A stretch of DNA of 64,000 nucleotides from Hemiscyllium ocellatum (Eukaryota). Positions within the stretch are counted from its first letter, which is position 1, and the number at the start of each line of letters is the position of its first letter. The DNA lies in contig NC_083446.1 of the NCBI RefSeq assembly GCF_020745735.1, forward strand, positions 4,154,001-4,218,000, given 5' to 3'. Position numbers and translations under genes: made by a program. Positions 35,897 through 50,482 of this stretch are shown piece by piece. Under the pieces are notes generated by a model that worked only from the letters and a program-made list of their open reading frames with translations, did no database searches and was not told the DNA's origin.

Positions 35897-35955
35897 CTTA
35901 TCTGCAATTCGGCAGCAACTGTCCATCCAGAGGAAATCCTGAATCATCTCGTCAT
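35897..35955 (-). CDS. SPDYC: Speedy/RINGO coding exon 2 (DDEMIQDFLWMDSCCRIADK)
   Basis: IQDFLWMD.CC.IADK motif. tttcttgcag acceptor and gtactg donor; 59 bp. Confidence 0.95.
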
Positions 35956-36124
35956 CTGCAAGAAACAAAATACAGACCAAATATAGCGAGCTACCAAACT
36001 TTTTTTGCCTCCACTTTATTGCCACTCACTATTTAACTGGACATTAAGGCAAAGTTCAGTTTCTCCCTACCACCTCCAACCAGCCCCCACCTACCCTCAC
36101 GGTTTCAAGACTTTTTGAATGCAG

Positions 36125-36250
36125 ATGATGAAGGGCTTATGCTCGAAACGTCGAATTCTCTATTCCTGAGATGCTGCCTGACCTGCTGTGCTTTGACCAG
36201 CAACACATTTGCAGCTGTGATCTCCAGCATCTGCAGACCTCATTTTTTAC
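36125..36250 (+). mobile_element. Single-arm mini Penelope-like insertion starting at the hammerhead core
   Basis: TSD TTTTTGAATGCAG on both sides; TGATGAAGGGCTTATGCTCGAAACGTCGAAT. Confidence 0.85.
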
Positions 36251-36616
36251 TTTTTGAATGCAGTACAAAGGTGCCCTCTGGTGGCTTGCAGTTTGTAGCC
36301 CTGAGCATGCTCTAACTTGCAGGAATCCAAAAGGAAGCATCTTCACCCAGCCACGTGAGGTCATTCCACTGCAGAGGGGAATTCCCCTCCAACAAAACAA
36401 TTTCTGAATATTTACAAAAAGTTGCATTGGACATATTTGCAAACAGTTGGAGTCCAAGAACAGGCAAAGTGGAATGAGACTATCAGACCAGCCCATGATC
36501 TTATTGAGAGCACAGACTTAAGGGCATATCTCTAGATCAAATTTTTATATAATGTGTAATATGTAGCATTTTAAGCAACACATCTCAAAGTACTTGTGAA
36601 TGATGCTGTAGTAGTT

Positions 36617-37476
36617 CAGAGTTTGAGAGAAGATTTGTAGCTCGGGTGCTCATTGTGGTTCTGTTCGCCGAGCTGGGAATTTATGTTGCAGACGTTTTGT
36701 CCCCTGTCTTGGTGACATCCTCAGTGCTTGGGAGCCTCCTGTGATGTTTCCTCCAGCATTTATAGTGGTTTGTCTCTGCTGCTTCCAGTTGTCAGTTCCA
36801 GCTGTCCATTGCAGTGGCCAGTATATAGGGTCCAGGTCAATGTGCTTATTGATTGAATCTGTGGATGAGTGCCATTCCTCTAGGAATTCCCTGGCTGTTC
36901 TGTTTGGCTTGTCCTATAATAGTAGCGTTGTCCCAGTCAAATTCATGTTGCTTGTCATCTGGATGTGTGGCTACTAAGGATAGCTGGTCATGTTGTTTCG
37001 TGGCTAGTTGGTGTTCATGAATGCGGACTGTTAGCTGTATTCCTGTTTGTCCTATGTAGTGTTTTGTGCAGTCCTTGCATGGGATTTTTTTGCACAACGG
37101 TCTGCATTCATGAACACCAACTAGCCATGAAACAACATGACTAGCCACACACAGATGACAAGCAACATGAATTTGACTGGGACAACGCTACTATTATAGG
37201 ACAAGCTAAACAGAACAGCCAGGGAATTCCTAGAGGAATGGCACTCATCCACAGATTCAAATCAACAAACACATCGACCTAGACCCAATATACCAGCCAC
37301 TACAGCAGACAGCTGGAACTGACAACTGGAAGCGGCAGAGACAAGCCACTATGAATGCTGGAGGAAACATCACAGATGCACTTCACAGGAGGCTCCCAAG
37401 CACTGAGGGTGCCACCTAGACAGGGGACAAAATCTCTGCAACAAATTCCCAGCTCAGCAAACAGAACCACAACAAC
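36617..37476 (-). mobile_element. Palindromic Poseidon-type Penelope fragment (~370 bp inverted arms)
   Basis: KIPCKDCTKHYIGQTG frame, arms mirrored around ~37095, TSD gatgct(g/a)tagtag. Confidence 0.88.
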
Positions 37477-40400
37477 GATGCTATAGTAGGTTATAACGCT
37501 GCAAAGGTATGTGTTGTAATGTTGGCAAACTTGACAATCTGTACACAAGATTACACAAACCACCATCTGATACAGGCCAGTTTCCAACTGGGTGAAGGAC
37601 AAACTTAGATCAGAACAGGAAGATTTTGGTTTCTCTGCAATGTACAGTGGGATCTGTCTGCTGTTTGATCTTGAGTGGGCACATTCCTTGGCATTACTCA
37701 GGACAGGTGCAGGCCTCTGAAGCAGTTTTACAAGCCACAGACTGACAGTGCAACAGGTGGGCCATGTTAACTCACATTCAGAAAGCCCTAGTAATGAAGT
37801 AGCCAAACTAGGCAGGAGGACCTGTGAAAAATCACCTGCTTTGGGACAGGTACTGGTAGTTAATAACCTGAAACCAAACCCCAGGACACTGCCCAACTGA
37901 TGCTGCATGATAATGAATTCCTACATCAATAGCTTCATGACTCAACAGAAACTGAACTGAATCAGCTGGGTGAAAAATGTAGCTACTACAGAAGACCAGA
38001 TGCAGGGTCCTCTTTACAAGATAATCAACCACCAATGCAGACCCTCAGCTGCAAAGATTCAAGTCAGAGGAATACACAGAAGTCTGCATGATCCTAGTTG
38101 GATGTAGCTACACATCGATTATAACACCACAAAATCAGTTACTTGATGCCTCCACTGCTGGCTGCACAACCCTCTGCCTCTACTACCAGGTCATGGCAAT
38201 GAGACAATATGGTAACTCAGCTCAGTTACTGCAGATACTGCAAACATTTCTCTTCCCTTCAACCAAGGAGGGCAAGCAGTTTGACTGTGGAAAGACAAAC
38301 TTCTACATCACACCGCATCCCATATCACCATTAGATCTCCTTTAATCACCTGGCATAAGCAAGCACTGGAGCACCATGAGGAAGAAAGACCATTATTTAC
38401 CTTAATAAAATGGGAATAGGCAATCGATGCCCACTTAGGGACATCTCCAAACATCTTCAGGGAATCCAAATGCACAAATAAACTAAGTTTTTTGAAAAAA
38501 ACCTCAAAAATCCATGAAAAGGTAACAGTGGTAGGATGGGGGAAGAATTTTTTTTTTAAAAACACAATGCAATCTTTCCAAGAATTGACAGTCCACAACA
38601 TTTTTGACAACCTAAAATGTCAAAACAAAGAAGAGGAAATGCTGAGATTTTTGAAAAATACAGCAGCTTTTCTGATTTCTCCATTCTTTCAGAAACAAGA
38701 CAGCAGGTCAGCTCATTCTTTGAGAACAGTCAGGTATCACATTCTACACTTGGTGGTGTTTTTATTCACAGTGGAATGAGAGAGAGAGTTCAGAACCAAG
38801 ACAGAATCACCAAATTGAACCTTTAACAAGGCAAGGATCTGGGACTGAGATTCAGGAATAATTAGCTGGACATTACCCTTTTACGAGTTTAACATTGATG
38901 AGCAGGAGCAGATGCATCACAGCCACAAGATGTACTGCTCCTCTAGTATCAGGAAGATTCAGCAGATCTCAAAAGGGTGACTTTTAATCCTGGCTCGGCA
39001 TTTTAGCAAGACTGCCACCAATGCATTAGAGAAGCGATTGTAGTCAGATGTACAGCATGTAAACAGACCCTTTGGTCCAATTTGTCCATGCTGACCAGAT
39101 ATTCTAAATCAATCTAGTCCCCTTGGCCAATTCCCCTCCAAACTCTTCTTATTCATATACCCATCCAGATGCCTTTTAAATGCTGTAATTGTACCAGCCT
39201 CCACCACTTCCTTTGGCAGCTCATTGCATACATGCACCACCCTCTGAAAACGTTGCCTCTTGGGTTTTTTTTTTAATCTTTCCAGTCTTGTTCTGGACTT
39301 TCTTCAGAATGAAGTTTAAATCTGGCACCAACCACCTTGATCAAAAAGGTAGAACAAAATAACTAGGGGTTGGCCATTCAGCCCTTTGAAGCTACTTTGG
39401 TGAGAAGCCATAATTGATCAGATTGGAAAGTGGAGTTGAGGCCACATGTGATCACCTTCTCCTTGCTTGTGAATCCTTTATCACAAGGATGTCTAATTCA
39501 GTCTAGGATACATCCAAATGATCCAACTGCCATTGCTCACCAAGAAGAAAATTCCATTATAAAAGTGTTGAGGCTATGATCATAAATAAGAAGTCATTAG
39601 GTATATAGATTCACTTGATTCCCGATTGTCTAAGAGTATGGGGGCATTTTTAAGAGGGAACTAAAGGGGACAAAAAAAAAGGGATGAAGTAGTGTAGTAA
39701 GATTAAGGAGAATCCAGAGATTCCACAGTACATTGAGTAAAAAAAGAAACCAGGGAGAGAATTGGGCCCTTAAAGTCAAAGTTGTCTAGGTGTGGAACTA
39801 CAGGAGATGGGAGAGAGATACTAAAATATTTCACATGAGTTCTTATTGTGGAGAAAGAAATGGAAAGAAGTCAAGGCCAAGAAACAAATAAATTTAGATG
39901 CCTTGAAAACAATTCACGTTACAGAAGAGGTGATGCTGGAGGTCTTAAAGTGGATAAATCTCCAATACCTGATCAAGTGTTTCCTAGGATATTGCATCAA
40001 GTTAGAGAAAAAAAAAATTGAAGGTGTCCCTACCAAGATTAGTTTCATCTGCAGCCACAGGTGACAGTGGTTCACAAATGCAATGAACCATCAAAAGGAA
40101 GTGGCAGAAAGGTACAGTTGTAACATTTAAAAGACCTTGATAGGTACATAGGGAAGGCTTAAAGGGATGAGAGCCAAAGGCTGGTAAGCGTGACTAATTT
40201 AACTTAGGAAGCATGGTATTCATGGACAAATTAAACCAAAAGGTTTGTTTCTATGTTGTGCGATTAAGAGGAGATTCCTCCCCACCTCCATCATGAATGG
40301 GACACCCTTCTATTCTCAAACTGCACCAGTTTTGAATTTCATCTCCAACGATTCAACATGCCACTTAAATAATAAGGAAAGGTGCACATCTTGGGCTTTC

Positions 40401-41469
40401 ACTCCCTCAGTAACATTTCCCTGCCTGTTTCAATACTAGAACTGCTAAAATCTTGGATATCTGTCATGCCCCATTTTGTTTACTTCACTCTTAGTCTTCA
40501 GCTGCCTCAGTGCCAAGCCTCTGATTCCCACAACCTTTAAAGAATCCTTTTTAAAGAAATGCAAATCTCCCATGGTGTCCTATTCCAGCATATCCTCAAG
40601 TGTCCTGATATCATATTTTGCTCAAGAACACAATCAAGTTCCTTGGGGCATATTAACAAAATCACAATTTTAATTGCTCAAAGCCAATCAATGTTAATTC
40701 TTCAGAAATCAATAGTTCCAGGCAGTCCTTCAGCTCACTGCTGCTCAAGGATAGTTGCTGAAAAGAATGGCAGCCAGTGACCTATGCGACCACAGCTTCT
40801 AAAATTAACTGCTCATGCTGAATGTGTTTATTTTGTGTAGTTCACTGAGCAACTTTATCCCATCAGTACTGGACCATTCTAAACTAGCAGCTGTTCTCAG
40901 GGTTATTTCAGCATGCCACGGAATCACAGGCAGCAAAGTATTTTCATTTGGATCATACCATATCTATGTGACTGTGTGCATCCCACCAGCAAAACAAAAA
41001 TAAAAGGATTGGTGCAGTATGAGAAAAAAAAATTGCTTTCATTCAAAAATACTATCCATGTCAAGACATCAAGGTTTTGTGGCTGTCATTTCTAAACTTT
41101 CTCTCCTTCCCCCATGGACACAAACGCAGTATGCATTACCCATTCCTAATTGCTTTTTGAGAAGGTAACAGTAGACTGTCCCTTGAACTGCTGCAGTCCA
41201 TCTGGTTTTGGTGAAGAATGCCTGACGCCTGTACAATTTCACCCTCACAGTCAGCACCTTCAAGTCAGGGCAGAGAGTCCAAGCTATGTCCATCAAGTTG
41301 GCATTAAAAATTTTGCAAATTGGTTGTAACATTCATCTCTGTTCCAGTAAGCTGTGGGCTCAAATACGACTCCAGAGATTGAGCACAAGAAAACTCGCAT
41401 CCAAGACAACAGGGCACTGCTGAGTTTCAGCAGGTATGGTTTATGGGGCTGTAACGTGGCTCAGTGGTT

Positions 41470-44400
41470 AGCACCAGAGTTCCTAGTGAATTGCTAACTA
41501 GGGCTGCAGACATTAAACTAAACTGGATAGGGTTTTTGGGGGGGGGGGGGGGGGGTTCACTTATCGGGGAAATTACAAAATCCGATTTAGAGGTGCTAAG
41601 AGTGCAGATCTCTGCAGAGGTTATTAAAAACCTCCGGCACAGAAATTGGACAACATGAAAAGGGTTAACAATCAAGCTTAAGCACACTGGATAAACTAGT
41701 GACAATTAGAAGAGGCACAGTTACTACAGGACTGAAGGGGTTATATCTGAATGCATGCAGTACAAAGAATAAGGTATAGGAGCTTAAGGCACAGACCAAA
41801 GTTAGTACATATAATGGGGTGGGCATCACAGAGACATAACTGCAAGGGGATCAGGATTGGGAACTGAATCTTCAAGGATGTACATACTATTGAAAAAAGA
41901 TAGGCAGATGGGTAGAGGGGGCAGGATTGCCTTAGAAATGAAATTAAATCCATAGTAAGAAATGAAGTGGGTCAGGGGTGTGTGTGTAGAATTAAAGAAT
42001 GGCCAAAGGTGAAAAAAAACCATAGATGGAATTATGTACAGGCTTCCAACCAGTAGTCAGGAGCTGGGGTACAAGTTACATCAGGAGATCGAAGACACGT
42101 GCAGGAAAGGCAAAGTTAGTGATCTTAGGGAAGTTCAATATGCAGATGGACTGGAAAAATGAGATTGGCAGTGGATTGCAAGAAAATTAGTGGAATTTCC
42201 ACAAGATGGCTTTTGCGGCAACTTGTGGTGGAACCCACTGGGAACAGACATTACTGGATTTAGTGTTGTGCAGTGAGATTGACTTGATGAGGGTGTATAA
42301 GGCAAAGAAACCTTCATAATGATTGAATTTACTCTGCCATTTGAGAAGGAGAAGATTGAATCAAAGGTAACAGCATTACAGCCGAATAAAGGCAACTACA
42401 GCAGCATGAGGAAGGAGATGGGTAGAATTGTACAGCAGTGCTGCATTTTGAGAAAGCAAATCTTAGCAGGACTTATACACAATGGTAAGGTCTAGGGAGT
42501 GTTGCTGAACAAAGGCCTTGGAGTGCAGGTCCATTGCTCCTTGAAAGTGGAGTCGCGGGTAGATAGTATAGCGAAGGCAGCATTTGGTACGCTTTCCTTT
42601 ATTGGACAGAATACGAGTATAGGAGTTGGGAGGTCACATTGCAGTTGTACAAGACACTGGTTAGGCCACTTTAGGAATACTGTGAAATTCTGGTCTGTTT
42701 TCCCTGGAGTGCCAGAGGCTTTTTGGCAGGGGGGGGGGGGGGGGGGGGGGGAATGACCTTATAGACGTTTATAAAATCATGAGGGGCATGGATAGCGTAA
42801 ATAGACAAGGTATTTTCCTCAGTGGGTGAGTCCAGAGCTAGAAGGCATTGGTTTAAGGTGACGGGGGAAGACATAAAAGGGACCCAAGAGGCAATGTTTT
42901 CACACAGCAGGTGGTGCATATATGGAATGATTTGCCAATGGAAGTGGCAAAGCTAGTACAATTACATATTTAAAAAGGCATCTGAATAGGAAGAATTTAG
43001 AGGGATATGGATCAAATGCTGGCAAATGGGACAAGATTAGGTTGGGAGATCTGGTCAGCATGGGTGAGTTGGACCGAAGAGTTTGTTTCTATGCTGTAGA
43101 TCTATGACCAGGAAAGGAGCCTAACAGAAAAGACCATCTAACAGCAATGGCAGGGTTCCTGGGAATAATTCAGAAGAGACAGATTCCTGAGGATAAAGCA
43201 GCATGATATAGGGAGGATGATTCAACTAGGGAGGTGAGGGATAGCATAAAAGTAAGAGGCAGCAGTGAATGCGGTGAGGGACAATGGAAAAGCCAGAGGA
43301 TTGGGAAGCTTACGAAGACTAACAGAGGGCATCAATTAAAAAAAAGGGAGGGAGAAGATTAAATACAAGGGTGAACTAAGCAATAATTTAAGGAAGATTA
43401 AGTGTTTTGACTAAGGACAAAAAAATTTAAAGGCAAAAGTGGACACTGCACTGTTGAAAAACAACATTGGAAAGATAATGGCGACAAACAAGGAAATGGC
43501 TGAGGAACTGAATAATTGCTTTGTCAGTCTTCACGGTAGAAGACACTAGTAATATTCCAAAAATTCAGAGTAATGGCAGAGCTGAGTATGGTGGTTGTTA
43601 CCAAGGAGAAGGAGCTAGTAAAATTGAATGGCCTAAAAGTGGCTAAAATGTCCTGGACGAGACTACATGCCAGAGTTCTAAGAGATAGCTGAAGAGTTTG
43701 TGAAGGTGTAACTGGTGATCTTTCAGGAATCACAGGAATCAGGAAGAGTCCCAGAGGACTGGAAAATACAAACATGACACTTCTGTTTAAGAGAGTAGGC
43801 CAATACAGGAAAATTACAGAACAATTAGCCGAACCTCAGTCACAGCTAAGATCTTGGAATCTACTTGAGGAATGAGATTGGAATACTTGGAAGTGTATGG
43901 TAAAGTCAGGCAAAGTCATCAGCACATCACCTAAGGGAGGTCATGTCTGAAATTTGCTAGAATTCTTCGAGGAAAGCGTTAGACTAAGGAGAGCCAATGG
44001 ATATTATCTACCTTGACTATGGTGGTATTCAACAAAATACTGCACAGGAGGCCACTGAATAAACTAAGGGCCCCATGGTGTGAGGCAAGGTGTTAGCATG
44101 GATAGAAGCTTGGCTATCTGGCAGAAAGCAGTGTGGGGATAAAAGGGTTATTTTCAGGATCACAGCCAGTGACAAGGTGGTGTTCTGCAAGGCTGAGTAC
44201 TGGGACCACAACTTTTCACTTTTACATAACCATCTAGATGAAGGAACGGAAGGCATTCTGGCTAAGTTTGCCTGCAATAAGATAACTAGAGGGACAGATA
44301 GCATTGAGGAAGCATGGAGGCTGCAGAAGGTTTGGACAGGTTAGGTGAGTGGGCGAAAGAGCAGCAGATGGAGTAAGACATGAAAAAATGTGAAGCCATG

Positions 44401-45070
44401 CATTTTAGTGGGAGGAATATGGAGGATAGACTATTTTCTAATTGGGGAGAAAATTCAAAAGTCTGAAATGCAAAGAGACTGGAGAGATTAGACTAGAATT
44501 CTCTCAAGGTGAACTTGCAGATTGAGTCAAATGCAATAACGGCATGTACTTTCATGGCTTGAATTTAAAAGCAGGGACTTACTGGAGGCTCTAAGGCTCT
44601 GGTCAGGTCACATTTGGAGTATTGTGCGCAGTTTTGGGCCCCATTTCTCAGGAAGGATTTACTAGCCCTCATGTTGACAAGAATGGTCCCAGGAATGAAA
44701 AGTCTTACATAAGGAACCTTGGAAGACCGAGTCCAAACTCAATCTAGTTTAGAAGAAGGATATGGGGGTGGTGATCTAATTGATACATACAGAATGCCGA
44801 ATGGTCTGGACAGTAGATGTTGAGAAGATATTTCCATTGGTAGGCGAGACTAACTCTAAGGTTATGCCCTTGGATCCAAGGGAAGACCTTTTAGAACAGA
44901 GTTAAGGAGAAACCTCTTCACCCAGAGAGGTGTGAATTTATGGAATTTGTTGCTACAGAAAGGGGTGGGGGCCAGCTCATTGAGTATAGTTAAGACCAAG
45001 ATAGATAGGTTCTGGAGTATCAAGGGTTTATGGGAAGAAAGCAGGAGAATAGGGTCGAGAAACTTAGCCA
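41470..45070 (+). mobile_element. Long decayed CR1 LINE (ORF1 end plus EN/RT) with a younger CR1 fragment nested at about 42440-43110
   Basis: Degenerate YLNA.S..NK, WIEAWLSGRKQ, LAKFA and LEYCAQFWAP segments in CR1 order, with many frameshifts. Confidence 0.75.
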
Positions 45071-45811
45071 TGTTTGGACTAAATGGTCTCATGCTGTCTC
45101 AGCACCAGGGACCCTGGTTCGATTCCACACTAAGGCAACTCCATGCAGAGTTTACACATTCTCCCCACGTGTGGGTTTCCTCCTACAGTCCAAAGATGTG
45201 CAGGTTAGGTGGATTGGCCATGGGATAAAAGGTGAAAGAATCTGGTGGGATGCTGTTCAGAGAGGCAGTGTGGACTTGTTGGGCCGAAAGACCGGTTTAA
45301 AAATGTGTTGCTGGAAAAGAGCAGCAGGTCAGGCAGCAAAGGAGAATCGACGTTTTGGGCATAAGCCCTTCTTCAGGAAGGCCTGTTTACCAAGTTGTAG
45401 GCATTCTCAGGATTATCAGATTGTGCTTTTGTGAAAGCTCAGTGCCACATGACCTACATTACAAAGGCAACACCTTTTGTCTATAAAGCACTCAGGGTGC
45501 CCCAGGGTTAAGGGCATTGTGGAAATGTAAACCTGTGTCAACAAACTAGCCCAGGAACTCTAAACAATAGTCCAAGCCCCCTTATGCCCACCTAACTGGG
45601 GATGTTAGTTAGATATTCATTCCAGTATTCTGACAGATCTTCATCCCTGCTCAAGTACTAAATGACTAGCACCAATCTCAATATTCATTTCAGTTCAATG
45701 TGACATCTATCAGTTTGGCAGTTACATATCCGTTCCAGCTGCAGAGTTTGAAAGGAGAAATATAAAACATCAGAATACACAATTTGATCAATACAATGAA
45801 TTCAGACATAC

Positions 45812-46031
45812 CGAGAAGTTTAAGAAATGCTTCCAACTCCTGGTGCTGTACGACAAACGGAACCTCCTTTGAGACTTTTGACATCTTACTGGATTCCCCT
45901 TCACCCCTCTCGTGCAGCCGTGGCTTCCGAGAAACCAAATCCCGGCCCTGATGTGACAATTTTGAAACCCCTGGCTTCACCTGAACGGTGACCGAAGAGG
46001 GATTCTGAGCACGGGTCTGGTTGTGCCTCAT
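45812..46031 (-). CDS. SPDYC: Speedy/RINGO coding exon 1 (MRHNQTRAQN...QELEAFLKLL); the exon begins at 46060
   Basis: MRHNQ start as in vertebrate Speedy proteins, poly-T/ttgcag acceptor upstream and G|gtatgt donor; 220 bp of CDS. The SPDYC assignment rests on head-to-head synteny with SYVN1 and the RINGO-like C-terminus. Confidence 0.9.
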
Positions 46032-47265
46032 GATGGTAAATGAGGGCAGTTAGGGGTGGTCTGCAACAAAGAAAAAAAAAGGGAGTTAAAAATCACATGC
46101 CAATTAGCAGGTTCAGGGAAATCTCCACAGTCACTGTTCAATTCTCCAGTAAACCAGACCTAAGATTTGAAATTTAGTCTTGGAAATTATGCTCAAGTCA
46201 GGTTCAACTTCTCTACAAGCAATATTTAAGAGGTTGAATTCACCTTATTAGTGCATAATTGCCAATCCAGAAGCTGTTCAACCAAGTTTAACCTCGAGTG
46301 CAAAAATGAGCTAAAAACATTATGAAGTTGAACATTGATAGAATCCTAGACTAAGCACATCATTTTGTGATTATGGCAAACTGTGTTCAGTTTTGGCTTC
46401 CCTGCTATAGGAAAGATGTTGTTCAACTTGAAAGGGTTCAGAAAAGATTTACAATGATGTTACCACGATTGAAGGTGGGGGGGGGGGGGGGGGGGGTGAA
46501 GAGTGTATGAAGTAAGCTGCCAGAGGGGGAGGCTGGTACAATGACAACATTTAAAAAGTATCTGGATGGGTACATAATGGGGAAGGGTTTAAGAGGGATT
46601 ATGGGCCAAATGGGACCAGATTAATTTACGATATCTGGTCAGCCTCAAGTTCAACTGAAGGGTCTGTTCCCAGGCTGTGCAACTCTGACTTGGAGTACAT
46701 TAATACCATTAAAGAGTTTAGCTTCAACAGGTGAATTTTAAACAAAGACTATTTGTTGGCAAATCTTCCTGAATCAATTGATACACAAGATTAACTGAGT
46801 GTACATACACCATCATACACATCATATAGGATCAGGTCTACAGGGCTAAGCCATGACATACAGTTGCTATTGTAGAAATGTGAAGGTATTAACTAGCCTA
46901 GTTTTTCACCCTTTTAGGATCTGTAGCAACATCTGTAGCCAAATGCATCATGAACATGGGCAACAATTTCAGTTCTGAAAAAGGAGTCACATTCAGTTTG
47001 AAACTGTTTCTCTCTTCAGTTACTGCAAAACCAACCAAGTTCCTCCAGCACCTGCTTTCTCTATAAAGAAGTTCATTTCACATTTTACAGGAAGAATTAT
47101 TTCAGTAACTTTTAAACAGGGCTTTGCGGTTCTGAATTCTACGTCTCCTGAACAATAGCTAGCAAGGCACCAAATTCAATATCCAGTCTGTCAAAAATGA
47201 GGGTGGGAAGATATTTGGGCAACATATTTCTACAGAAAAACATTTTCACTCAGGTAGAAGGGCAC

Positions 47266-47471
47266 AGCTGAAAATGTGGTGCTGGAAAAGCGCAGCGGGT
47301 CAGGCAGCATCCAAGGAGAAGGAGAATCGACGTTACAGGCATGAGCCCCTCTTCAGGCTCATGCCCAAAGCGTCAATTCTCCTTCTCCTTGGATGCTGCC
47401 TGACCCACTGCGCTTCTCCAGCACCACATTGTCAGCTCTGATCTCTAGCATCTGCAGTCCTCACTATCTCC
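47266..47471 (+). mobile_element. Palindromic mini Penelope-like insertion
   Basis: Inverted arms, tail ending tcactatctcc and TSD tagaaggg(c/t)acagc. Confidence 0.8.
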
Positions 47472-50172
47472 TAGAAGGGTACAGCCTAAGGACCTGGTAT
47501 AGTATTAGGTTGTGATACCCTACCAGCTCAAGGTTACACTGAATGAGCACTTCAACATGCTGGAAGATACCACGTATGGAACTCCCAAAGGAGAGGCAAC
47601 ATCTCAAGACCAACAGGCAAAAATCAGTAGCTCAGTGATACGCAGGACAAAAACATGCAACTTACCAAGACTAATTGGAGACAGTCAACTTTCTACAGTT
47701 AGAACACATACTTATGAACACCAAATCCAATCACTAACGTGAAAAGACTTTTGCCTTCATCCAATATCATACGTTGTGCATCAGGTTGAACTCAAAGCAT
47801 TAATGCCAAATGAATCATTTAAGGCTTACTATGCCTTTACAAGGCTATTGAAGTGAAAAGATACTCAAACTAAGATGCAGAACTACAGAATGGTTACAAG
47901 CACAGAAACTTTCCAGCCCATGTTTGCACCAGCTCTCTGAACAAACATGTTACTTACTGAGGCAAGTGAAACACTGCCCAAGCTGGTACAAAACATTCCA
48001 AGCACTGAAGGCAGCTGACATCAACCATTTCAAATGGCCATTTGGAGGGGAGACACACAGAATCAAGACAAATAGTCTACCTGTGACAAATCCTATTCTT
48101 TGTCTAGTCATGGCACCTTTTGCACACAAGCCTGTCTCTTTCCATAGCACGAGAGAAGTAGGCCACTCAAACCTTCGGGTCTGCTTAGCCATTCACCAAG
48201 ATCATACTGATCCAACTGTGGCCTCCTTTCCACATTCCTGACTACTCCAGTGCACTTTAACCCCCAGATGATCAAAAATCTGCTTCTGCCTTATAAGTGC
48301 TCAGACTTCGCTTCCATTGGAAGTTTTTTTTACATAAAAGGCAAAGACTCAACCTTATTAGGAAAAAAAATCTCCTGCCCAGCCAAAGTACGTAACATCA
48401 AATGCTTAAATGACCCCAAGGTCCAAACGTTTTTGGGCATCCTCAACAAATATGGAGGTTGGCAAAACTAGCATTGGTGGCCCATCTGCAATTGCTTTTG
48501 AACAGTGTGGCTTGGCTTTTACAAGGCACTTATCAGTTAGCCATATTTCTGCAGGTCTGGAAACACTTGTAGACAGGGACAGCACATTAATTTCCTCATT
48601 CAGGAGGCACTGAAACAGATGTATTTTTACAATCATGGTTGAAAGTGTCACCATGAGATTACCCAGAGAAAGGAAAACAAACAAGAAAAACTGAACAAAT
48701 TGGTCCAATAAATCATGAATACCTCAAACTGTGGATTCAGAATTATGCACTTCAAGAATTACAGTTTAATAAAACCACTCATTTTCCCCCTTTAGGTAGC
48801 ATACAATTCAAAATTTAAACCAAGTTGAAAATACACTAGTTTTCTCATGACATTTATTCATGGATAAAGACATCACTGCCTGAGCATTTATTGCCCCAAG
48901 ACAGGCAGTGAACTACCTTCTTGAACCACTGCAAGCTGCTATGGAGAGATTTAAACCAAACTTTGGAACATTAGCCTGGGGTCTCCAGATTACTAGTTCA
49001 TATAGACATGAGAAGAGAATCACAATCCACCCCTCCTTCCATAACCTCAGCAACTTCAGCCTCCAGATTATATAGGTTCCACTTCATACATTTTAAACTC
49101 TTTCACAGAAAGAGTCTCAGAAAAAGTCACTTCATTTCTTCCCAGCAGTTCCTCTTCATACCCTCTACCTCCCCAACCCATCATGTTCTTCCTCTTTCAT
49201 CCCCACCACACATTTGCAGGTCTTTCCCAACACTCTCACATCCTTCCCTTCAGCCCCCAAGTCTGCTCCATCTTAACATCCTTTTCCCTTAATCCTCACA
49301 TTCTATCACTCATTCATTCCACCATCCTCCCAATAATTCCCTGTGCCTCCCCCTTCAAGTTGTCCTACAATCTATCCCTTCCTTTTTATTTCCCCCCTTA
49401 GCTCTTAACATGATTATTCATTCACTCTATAACCCCACAGTTCTATCTTCCACTTTCTCCCTTGCAAACACCAAGGCCCTTCTTTTTACTCTGTGTCTGT
49501 CTTGAAGGATGTTCTTGATGAACAAGGATCTCAGAACCACAGGGTTAGTGTAAGCACACAGGTGGGGTGAGCTATTGAGAATTGAGGTAAGAAACATCTT
49601 CACCCAGAAAAGGGTGAAATAGTAGTACTATCAACCACAGCAAGTGGTTAAGATCCAATGCTTTCAAGGAGTTATAGTACTTAGGATCAAAGAGTAGAAG
49701 AACAGAACAGGATATTGAGTCAACTGACCACATTGAACTGCAGTGCTAGCTAACAGAAACCAACTCCCCAACTATTTGTTTGCAAGCACAACCCAAGTTG
49801 TGCAACTTCTCTCCAAGCCCCACATCATGTCCACTCAGCACCTCAATGTCCTACCTCACAAAACTTCATGCTCAGCATTCTTCCACAACACACCTCACCT
49901 CACCATACACAACTTATCCCTCACATCCCCATTCTTTTATTTGAAGCCTTCATCCCAGTAGCTAAATGTCTTCCTTTAGCTACTCCCAGCTTGGCCAACC
50001 TCTCTACCACCACACCCTCACATCCAGCCTTCCTCCTCAGGTTTCCAATCCACATCCCCCTCCCCCTAACATACCCAGCCTCAATCCAACCCCTTTCATT
50101 CCCCCAATCCCAAAACACTTGATCCCTTCAGCCCACTACGGCGGCCATTATTGCCGTCGTGCTACTCTTCAC

Positions 50173-50260
50173 CTGGACTGAGGCACGTGCCGCACCTGAG
50201 CCAGCGCCCAGCCCGCCAACCGGCTTTTCATAGGTTGCCGCCGTGCTGAGGTCAGCGCGT
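50173..50260 (-). other. SPDYC: Probable non-coding exon 1 of SPDYC
   Basis: CAG|gtgaag donor at 50172 on the edge of the CpG island. Coding exon 1 has an acceptor, so an upstream exon is required. The start site is approximate. Confidence 0.55.
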
Positions 50261-50346
50261 CGCCACCAATGGTCGCCCTCCGATCTGATCGCCACGCCCC
50301 CCTTTCGCCCCGGCAAACGTTGGTCCGCTCCCCCCCCCGCCGCGCG

Positions 50347-50482
50347 GTGACCATGGCAACCACCGGCCCGCCCCTCCCTGGACGCACGGTGACTATGGCA
50401 ACCGGCGCCGCCCCGCCCCTCCCTGCTGCACGGTGACCACGGCAACCAGCGGCCCGCCCCGCCTCACGGTGACTATGACAAC
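50347..50482. promoter_or_regulatory. Four tandem RFX X-box motifs alternating with GC boxes
   Basis: GTGACCATGGCAAC 50347-50360, GTGACTATGGCAAC 50389-50402, GTGACCACGGCAAC 50433-50446, GTGACTATGACAAC 50469-50482. Confidence 0.75.

Noticed and set aside
42729-42751. Long G/C homopolymers (also ~41537, 46476, 51580, 32151)
   Set aside because: Simple homopolymers, several within decayed repeats; lengths are unreliable and there is no supporting context.
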